Assembly (NCBI GenBank): GCA_964637135.1
Contig: CAZWTX010000007.1
Coordinates: forward strand, 62,001 to 94,857
Length of the DNA: 32,857 nucleotides
Direction: 5' to 3'
From: an uncultured Methanospirillum sp.
GTDB lineage: Archaea > Halobacteriota > Methanomicrobia > Methanomicrobiales > Methanospirillaceae
The position numbers and the translations under genes are program-made. How positions within the stretch are numbered: the first letter of the stretch is position 1; each line of letters begins with the position of its first letter. Positions 1-7,017 of this stretch are shown here, piece by piece. The notes below the pieces were generated by a model that worked only from the letters and a program-made list of their open reading frames with translations, was not told the origin of the DNA and did not search any database.

Positions 1-135
1 ATTACCAGACCTCACGATATCCGGATATAAGTGAAATCATCCCTTGTGAATACTATACTGAAGAGATTGCAACAGACCGGGTAAGAATATCACAAAAAAT
101 TTTTCAGCACAATATCCAGGGGAAATGTCAGATGA
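1..135 (+). CDS. 3' end of HEPN-domain protein (HEPN-MNT module), truncated by window edge, probable 1-nt indel near its end
   Basis: Frame from nt 3 reads YQTSRYPDISEIIPCEYYTEEIATDRVRISQKIF, which has the Y..RYPD...Y.EE.A C-terminal signature of archaeal HEPN proteins paired with MNT. The frame has no stop before ATG 132. A one-base shift in the A/T run at 94-104 would end it at TGA 133-135, overlapping the MNT ATG. Confidence 0.75.
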
Positions 136-449
136 GTGATCCGGTTCTCGATACATTCAGAAGGGAGATTGTTCCGAAGATCATGGAACTTTTTCATCCG
201 GAAACAGTGATCATCTTTGGATCCAGGATCTCCGGGAATGCACATGAAGATTCTGATCTTGACATCATTCTCGTATCAGAACAGTTTGAACATGTACCCC
301 AGCATCAGCGCCTCCCTCTGGTTCGAAAGAGTATCAGAACACCATTCTCCCTTGATTACCTCTGTTACACGCCGGATGAGTTTGAACGGATGAAGACCCG
401 GTCAAGTGTTCTTGCAAGTACATTATCCGGCCCCCATCTGGCAATATGA
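132..449 (+). CDS. Minimal nucleotidyltransferase (MNT), putative antitoxin
   Basis: 105 aa with FGSR..G.AHEDSDLD (GS..DxD Pol-beta motif) and a C-terminal DYLCYTPDEF segment. Directly follows the HEPN fragment. Confidence 0.9.
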   Translation: MSDPVLDTFRREIVPKIMELFHPETVIIFGSRISGNAHEDSDLDIILVSEQFEHVPQHQRLPLVRKSIRTPFSLDYLCYTPDEFERMKTRSSVLASTLSGPHLAI

Positions 450-601
450 GAGGCCGGAATTTCTTTATTAACCCTGGAAATCCAGTACTCCCAAATCAGA
501 TGGTTGATTTGTACAAGGATATTGCTGAAAAAGGGTTCATCAAGTAATTTGATTCACTCCAGTTGTACTTCGGATATTTCATCGTCTGTTAAAACAGTTT
601 A

Positions 602-614
602 AATCGCTATCCTC
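602..614 (+). repeat. Possible degenerate IS5-family terminal repeat fragment
   Basis: aatcgctatcctc is identical to the last 13 nt of the IS end at 9912-9929. The match is short. Confidence 0.35.
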
Positions 615-655
615 TGGTGTTAATCATTAGTTTTTTGGAGATGATGTAAAAACCG

Positions 656-808
656 ACGGGAGATATTATAACCTCAACAATATCATCGGAGGACAATTTT
701 CCACACTTCTTCTCGTTACCTGTCGTAAAAGAATGATATCAGATTGAAAAATGAGTTCTCTCTGGTTCCATGCCCGGGTGATGACCGAAAAAATGGTGAT
801 ATTGAATA
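656..808 (+). pseudogene. Highly degraded 5' half of an MNT gene, diverged copy of 3472-3628
   Basis: Collinear nucleotide similarity: tgtcgtaaaagaatgatatca (721) vs tgtcgtaaaagaacgatatca (3538), and ctctctggttccatgcccgggtgatgaccg vs ctctctttggttcccgtgccaagggtgatgaccg. The ATG has become ATA. Confidence 0.7.
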
Positions 809-859
809 TATAAAAAAGATGACCAATAGGTATAAGTAAAGAATCGGCCCTGTAACTGT

Positions 860-2548
860 GTGAAACCAGTGTTACCAGTTGGAATACTCCTTGCAGTATT
901 CCTCATGATAGCAGGAGCAGGAGCCTATCCAATAGATTCCACAGTAGTAACAACCCTTGATCGCACGGTCATTCCTGTCGCCGTACCTTCAACTTCTCCA
1001 ACAATTCTTCCGTATGAAGTTTCTCAATATTCTGATTATGGATATGGGAACTGGGAGTTTGGTGAGGGGCTCCGATATGAAAAAAGGCTTGACCTGTTAT
1101 CTCCGGAAAATAACAGCAGCTCGGCAACGATATCCGGAAAACTCCTGCGTTTCTTTGACATGACAGATATTCACATATCAGACGAAGAAACTCCTACCCA
1201 GGCGATTTTTTTTGGCTACCTAGGTGGTCAGTCTTCAGGGTATTCACCGGTTATGCTCTCTACCACCCAGGTTCTCGATGCTGCCGTTCAGACGATAAAC
1301 GCTCTGCATAAAGAAGACCCCTTTGATTTCGGTATCAGTCTCGGTGATGCAGCAAATAACGAACAATACAATGAAATCCGGTGGTACATCGATGTGCTCG
1401 ACGGGAAGACCATCAACCCGGATTCCGGTGCGAAGGATAATCCGGTTCCCGGTCCGCTCAACGATTATCAGGATTCATACAAAGCAGCAGGACTGAATAC
1501 ATCAATACCCTGGTATCAGGTAATTGGAAATCATGATCATAACTGGATAGGGACGAATCCGCCTGATGAGTACCTGAAGGCGAACTATACCGGGAAATAC
1601 ATCCTCAATATGGGTAATATCTTCACTGATCCGCGAGGAATAGCGGGACGTGGATATTACATGGGGGCAATCGATGGCCGGACCGTGTATGGAGATATCA
1701 TCGGTGTCGGAAATGTCTCTGACTTTGAGACCCCTCCAACAGTTCTGGCTGCTGATCCGAATCGCCGGGCTTTATCGGTCCCGGAATGGATGGGTGAATT
1801 TTTCAAAACCACTTCTCATCCGAAGGGCCACGGATTTAATCAGACTGATGCAGAAGCAGGAATCGCCTATTATTCATTCGAACCGAAGTCTGATGTGCCG
1901 ATCAAAGTAATTGTTCTTGATACCACCCAGTCATCGACCGACGCTGATGTCGGCGGGTATGGACACGGTTCCCTTGATAATGCACAGTTTGACTGGCTGT
2001 TCAACGAACTTGATCAGGGCCAGGCTGAAGGGAAATTGATGATCATCGCTGCACATATACCAATTGGGGTGGAAGACAGTGGTTCTTCACTCGATGAATA
2101 TATGGCCTGGAGTTCGGTCGCAGAGGTGTCCGAGCAGCAGCTCCTTGATAAACTCCATGAATATCCGAATCTTATCCTGTGGCTCGCGGGGCATCGCCAC
2201 TATAATACCATCACCCCCCAGGTGTCACCCGATCCTGAACATCCGGAACTCGGTTTCTGGGAGGTTGAGACCTCATCGTTACGTGACTTCCCCCAGCAGT
2301 TCCGGACATTCGATATCGTCCGAAACAGTGACAATACTATCTCGATATTTACAACCGACGTTGATCCGGCAGTAAAAGAGGGAACGATAGCAGCTCAGTC
2401 ACGTTCGTACGGAGTTGCAGCAATGCAGATATTCAACAATTCGCTCCCGTATCCACCGAATTATTCGTATAATGCAGAACTTCTCATACAACTGACTCCT
2501 GAAATGCAGGAGAAAATCCAGAATTACGGCACTCCGGTGGTTTCGTAA
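860..2548 (+). CDS. Secreted calcineurin-like metallophosphoesterase (resembles TIGR03768/RPA4764 family)
   Basis: N-terminal signal peptide and the five metallophosphoesterase motifs: DxH (TDIH), GD (GDAANN), GNHD, H (AAHIP), GHxH (GHRH). A T-rich tract follows the stop. Confidence 0.85.
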   Translation: MKPVLPVGILLAVFLMIAGAGAYPIDSTVVTTLDRTVIPVAVPSTSPTILPYEVSQYSDYGYGNWEFGEGLRYEKRLDLLSPENNSSSATISGKLLRFFDMTDIHISDEETPTQAIFFGYLGGQSSGYSPVMLSTTQVLDAAVQTINALHKEDPFDFGISLGDAANNEQYNEIRWYIDVLDGKTINPDSGAKDNPVPGPLNDYQDSYKAAGLNTSIPWYQVIGNHDHNWIGTNPPDEYLKANYTGKYILNMGNIFTDPRGIAGRGYYMGAIDGRTVYGDIIGVGNVSDFETPPTVLAADPNRRALSVPEWMGEFFKTTSHPKGHGFNQTDAEAGIAYYSFEPKSDVPIKVIVLDTTQSSTDADVGGYGHGSLDNAQFDWLFNELDQGQAEGKLMIIAAHIPIGVEDSGSSLDEYMAWSSVAEVSEQQLLDKLHEYPNLILWLAGHRHYNTITPQVSPDPEHPELGFWEVETSSLRDFPQQFRTFDIVRNSDNTISIFTTDVDPAVKEGTIAAQSRSYGVAAMQIFNNSLPYPPNYSYNAELLIQLTPEMQEKIQNYGTPVVS

Positions 2549-3483
2549 TTTTCCTCTTTTTTGGTTCAGTAGAGCTCTGTTGAGATCCATCCGGAAGATA
2601 CCGAGAGGAATTATCCCCATACCCGGGGTTCTCTTTCAGTCTTTTATATGTAACCTCCTGATTCTCCCGATAGGGCGTAAATCTCCTCTCATACGATACA
2701 AGTTTTCAAAAGATCCACTAAATGGACCCTGCCGGGATGAGTGCAAAAAAGGGGTGATGATCATCAGGACTCCATTGCAGACTATCTCCTTAGGATAGTG
2801 AATAAATCCTGTAAATACTATAAATATGGCTCTTAATTGACTAATGAGGCCGTTTGGATGATACTTATTCAGTATTTCAGATGAAGCATAGTCCCAACCA
2901 CTGACATTCCAGATTACAGCCGGTTTTGATATTTACCCTCAATCCTTCGAAATTATCACATCACATCTGGATATATGATTCCCAGGATTCTGGCGGTTCA
3001 AATACCAAAACCGCGAATATTTTCAACCCTATAATGAGGAACTATTGAGTAACCGAATTCACCCCTTACATTGCTTGCCAGAAGAGGATATCCGGGCTCC
3101 AAGGCCACATATAACTCGATGATCTGGGCTTCTTTACCAGGACTTATAAGCACCTATCTGTATCTCCCGGTTTAGATGGAAGGTAAATCCGATTGACCGG
3201 TGAAAACCACCCGATCTGCCGGGATCCATTTAAGGGACTGTTCTCCGTGTATCACCAGCGACCGGATATACCGGTTCCCGGATTGCCATATCCACTATTG
3301 CTATTGTTCCATAGTATCAATCACAGCCTGAACATCAAATTTTGTGAAATGATCTCCATGTCCAATCAGGTCATGATGGACAGATCAGTATGGAAGAGAA
3401 AAGGAAATAGAGAGCATTTCATAGAATGAAAAAGAGATCCTGAAAGTCATTAATAACTTCAGGGCATTCAAACGGCAGATATC

Positions 3484-3784
3484 ATGACATCAGCAGTACC
3501 ATCGAAGAATATTTCTTCCACGATTCATCTCACAGCATGTCGTAAAAGAACGATATCACGGAGAATAATTATCTCTCTTTGGTTCCCGTGCCAAGGGTGA
3601 TGACCGGGAAGACAGTGATATCGACATCCGGGTAGAATTTCAACCCGGTGCTGATCTCCTTGATCTCTCCGGTCTGAAACTCTACCTGGAGGATGTATTT
3701 GGCAGGACGGTTGATGTCGTCCCCCGGCGGGCGATTCGTGAGGAACTCAGGGATGCAATCCTTGCGGATGCGATTGAGCTATGA
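3484..3784 (+). pseudogene. MNT nucleotidyltransferase pseudogene
   Basis: Hand translation: VVKERYHGE*LSLFGSRAKGDDREDSDIDIRVEFQPGADLLDLSGLKLYLEDVFGRTVDVVPRRAIREELRDAILADAIEL*. There is an in-frame TAA at 3566-3568, and ATG 3484 is out of frame with the conserved part. Confidence 0.85.
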
Positions 3785-3920
3785 GAACCTGGATTCTTTA
3801 TCTTCATGATATCAACGAATTACCCTGGAAATAAACTCGGATCTTGATTATCGATCTCATTATTGAAGGTTTTTCAGTAGTCATAATACGATCCCGGCAA
3901 ATCACCAGGGTATACTGAAA
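3781..3920 (+). pseudogene. DUF86/HepT-type HEPN toxin relic with large internal deletion
   Basis: ATGA overlap with the MNT stop. Reads MRTWILYLHDI-NELPWK*, joining the typical DUF86 N-terminus (LYLxDI) directly to the E.PWK motif that normally lies much later. The downstream sequence is degraded and the end is approximate. Confidence 0.65.
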
Positions 3921-3963
3921 AAAACAATATGTACCGGGATCATATAGAACACAGAGGAGTCTT

Positions 3964-4182
3964 GTGACACAAGCCATATCCCCGATTGAGCACATCCTGC
4001 AACAGATCGGCGAACTAGATCGGGAGGAGAAGGAAGTTCTTTATGAAGTTCTTGAGAAACGACTCATCGAAGAACGACGGAATGAACTCGCGAAAGTCCG
4101 GGATAAAACCATTCAGGAATACCGCAATGGAAGATTAAAATCCGGCACCCCGGACGAACTCTTTACTGATCTTGACATATAA
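3964..4182 (+). CDS. Putative type II antitoxin
   Basis: 72-aa charged helical protein ending in ..EYRNGRLKSGTPDELFTDL. Overlaps the start of the RelE-family toxin. Confidence 0.75.
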   Translation: MTQAISPIEHILQQIGELDREEKEVLYEVLEKRLIEERRNELAKVRDKTIQEYRNGRLKSGTPDELFTDLDI

Positions 4183-4450
4183 TCTCATCTGGAGCGAACA
4201 TTTTCGGCGTAGCTTCAAAAAATGGCTCCGGAAATATCCGGCTATGAAAGAGGCTTTCAAACAGACAATCCGGATGCTCGCAGAAGATCCTTTTCATCCA
4301 TCTCTAAAATCCCATACCCTCTCCGGCCAGCTGCATGGTATATGGGCTGCCCGGATATCCTATCAACACCGGATACTCTTCATCTTCGAGCAGACGACAT
4401 CGGGTGAAATACTTCTCATCGATATTGGCTCACACGAAGAAGTTTACTGA
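4172..4450 (+). CDS. RelE/YafQ-superfamily mRNA interferase toxin
   Basis: 92 aa with F.R.FKK, DPFHPSLKSH.LSG.L.G.W, RILF and a C-terminal IDIGSHEEVY. Confidence 0.88.
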   Translation: MTYNLIWSEHFRRSFKKWLRKYPAMKEAFKQTIRMLAEDPFHPSLKSHTLSGQLHGIWAARISYQHRILFIFEQTTSGEILLIDIGSHEEVY

Positions 4451-4607
4451 TAAGAACGAGAAGATGTCAAATCAGTTTCTTTTTCCAGTTAAAAAACAGT
4501 TGATTGATACCATTTTTCCATTCTCACATCTCCCCTTCTCTGGACCATCGGGAAGAAAACCAAACGAGAGATATTTCTCGATCATCCCGCTTCCCGACTT
4601 CCTCCCC

Positions 4608-5660
4608 CTAATACTCCTGAAACATCCTGGCAATCTCGTCCCGGTTATTCGTCCTGGTCAGTGCCAGCATCAGGAGGACCCGGGCTTTCTGGGGGGTAAG
4701 CGTATCGGCCGGGATAACCTCCGGATCATCCGGTGAACAGACGCCGGTCCCAGTCCTCGAGGAGAACACCACAGGAATGCCCTGGTTCATGACGTCAAGC
4801 AGGGCAGGACGGATCGATTCGGAGTACCCTCCGTTTCCCATCGAGGCGACGACGAGTCCCTCGGTCTTGTTTGCGGCAAAGGCATCTATCGCGGTCCGGT
4901 CCATACCCGGGTAGAGCAGGACGATGTCCACCTTCGGCAGGGAGGTCCTGCCGGATACATCGAATTCGGTCCCCGATGTGTGACGTTTCAGGCTCTCGCG
5001 GTAGAATTTCGGAACTCCGTTATCCATGTAGCCGAGCAGGCCGAAGTCGGGTGACCTGAACGTCTCGACCATCTCCGTATTCGTCTTCGTGGTATCCCGT
5101 GCCCCGTTGATCTCCCCGTTGAGCTGGATCAGGACCCCTTTCCCGGCTGCATCCGGGCTCCCGGCCAGGATGACGGCATTCAGGAGATTGAGCGGCCCGT
5201 CTGCCGAGATGGCGGTTGCCGGCCGCATCGCCCCGGTGATGACCACGGGCTTGTCGCTCTTCACGGCGAGATTGAGGAAGTATGCGGTCTCTTCCAGGGT
5301 ATCGGTTCCGTGGGTGATCACAACCCCGTCGATATCAGGGGATTTTAGCAGTTCATTCACCCGGTTTGCCAGTGTGAGCCAGATATCCGGGGTTATCTCG
5401 TCGCTGTTCACGTTGCAGATCTGCTCGCCGGTAACCCGGGCATAGCTGCTCATCTCTGGAACGGACGCGATCAGGGTCTCCACGCTCAGGTTCCCTGCCT
5501 GGTAATGACCTAGTTCGCTCGCATTCTCTGCGGTTCCGGCGATCGTTCCACCGGTTGCCAGGATATAGATATCCGGGAGATCGGCAGCGGAGACGACTGA
5601 CAGGGATCCTGCAATCAGGAGCAGGAGAACGATGTTGGACAGGGTATATCGGAGTCTCAT
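4608..5660 (-). CDS. ansB: Secreted type II L-asparaginase/glutaminase
   Basis: Signal peptide, ATGGTIA and HGTDTLEETAYFL catalytic Thr motifs, and VVITGAMRP..SADGP.NL. GGAGG RBS at 5666-5670 (minus strand). Confidence 0.92.
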   Translation of the reverse strand: MRLRYTLSNIVLLLLIAGSLSVVSAADLPDIYILATGGTIAGTAENASELGHYQAGNLSVETLIASVPEMSSYARVTGEQICNVNSDEITPDIWLTLANRVNELLKSPDIDGVVITHGTDTLEETAYFLNLAVKSDKPVVITGAMRPATAISADGPLNLLNAVILAGSPDAAGKGVLIQLNGEINGARDTTKTNTEMVETFRSPDFGLLGYMDNGVPKFYRESLKRHTSGTEFDVSGRTSLPKVDIVLLYPGMDRTAIDAFAANKTEGLVVASMGNGGYSESIRPALLDVMNQGIPVVFSSRTGTGVCSPDDPEVIPADTLTPQKARVLLMLALTRTNNRDEIARMFQEY

Positions 5661-6021
5661 GATATCCTCCCGGAAGGGCGGGCATCCCGTCCGGTTCCGG
5701 TTGCGGGCCGGACTGTCGGGGATGGTACACAGACCGGCCTGTCTGTAGTGACCGATCTCATGAAGGTATGTATCCTGCCGGAACAGGTATGAGTTGTGAT
5801 CTGATCCGGGAGTTCATACTCATCCGGGGAGACTGGTTGATCTGATGGAGTGGCGAAGATTCAGAACTGTTCTAGCCTGAACTGAATATGATCTCCGAAT
5901 ATTTGAGAGAGCGATACTTCTTCACCTGATATGCCCTCCTGCCCTAAAAAAATTCCATGATCACCAGACCGGCAGGGAAAAAACTATCATAGCTGGAGAT
6001 GATTCTCAACAGATATATCTT

Positions 6022-6990
6022 TTGGAAGGAATGGAATATTTAGAATTCTCTAAAGGTTCCCCGACAAACCAACAACATCCGATAGAATCACGTACGATCC
6101 GCTATTTCGATATTGCCTGGCTCTCCTCCTGTGACGGTCCCGGTTACCGGGTCGTTCTCTTTCTGCAGGGCTGTCACCTGCACTGTCCCTGGTGTCATTC
6201 GCCTCACTCCCATCCTTCAGAATCGCCAATTCTTTTCTTCAAAGCACGGTGTCTCTTATGCGGCCGTTGTGAAGAGAGATGCCCCTGTTCCGTCCATCGG
6301 ATACGGCCCTCGGGGCACGAACTGTTCCGGGAACAATGCTGCCGTTGCGGGAGATGCATTGATGCCTGCCCGGTCTCCGGGAGGGAATGTTCAAATGGTG
6401 CATTATACCTGCCCACAAAGGAAACCACGATTGATACTCTCTGGGATTTGGTATACCCTCAGATAGATCTTCTGCGTACCATCGGGGGCATCACCTTCAG
6501 CGGAGGAGAAGCATTGCTCCAGGCAGAAGCTCTGAAATCATTACTTCTCTTATGCCGGGAGGAGGGAATTCACACAGCCATCGAAACCTCTGGAGCATTA
6601 CCCCGCCAAAATCTGGCAGAAGTAGCAGGAATAGTCGATTGTTGGCTTTACGGTCTCCGGCCAACACAATACTATGTACCCCCGTATGCCGATCAAATCG
6701 AGAAAAACCTCACTTTTCTGACCGGATTCAAAACCCGGATCATCATCCGGACACCGGTTATCGCCGGTATCACGGACCTGCCCGAATCCCTCGAACGCAT
6801 CGCATCGAATATGCAGGCAAATCACCTGACAGAGATCCAGTTATTGCCATTCCACCAGGGAACTTCTCACTACTTTGACGCAATAGGAATACCCTGTCCC
6901 ATCGGTCCTGAAGCAATTCCTTCGGCAGAACGCCTGGAAACGATCCGGGACTTTTTTCAACAAAAAGGATTTGAGGCAAGGATCATGTGA
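6022..6990 (+). CDS. Glycyl radical enzyme activating enzyme (radical SAM with ferredoxin insert); start may be ATG 6031
   Basis: DGPG.R...FLQGC then CxxxCxxC (CHLHCPWCH), two CxxCxxCxxxCP motifs (CLLCGRCEERCP, CCRCGRCIDACP), GGITFSGGE, GIHTAIETSG, IRTPVI and LLPFH. Confidence 0.93.
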   Translation: MEGMEYLEFSKGSPTNQQHPIESRTIRYFDIAWLSSCDGPGYRVVLFLQGCHLHCPWCHSPHSHPSESPILFFKARCLLCGRCEERCPCSVHRIRPSGHELFREQCCRCGRCIDACPVSGRECSNGALYLPTKETTIDTLWDLVYPQIDLLRTIGGITFSGGEALLQAEALKSLLLLCREEGIHTAIETSGALPRQNLAEVAGIVDCWLYGLRPTQYYVPPYADQIEKNLTFLTGFKTRIIIRTPVIAGITDLPESLERIASNMQANHLTEIQLLPFHQGTSHYFDAIGIPCPIGPEAIPSAERLETIRDFFQQKGFEARIM

Positions 6991-7017
6991 CGAACAAGAA
7001 ACGAATGGAGAAGAATC

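Noticed and set aside
2580..3429. Short ORFs 2580..2798 and 3193..3429, and a stop-riddled minus-strand frame near 3170-3375
   Set aside because: No recognisable motifs or RBS. There may be gene debris, but I cannot assign it.
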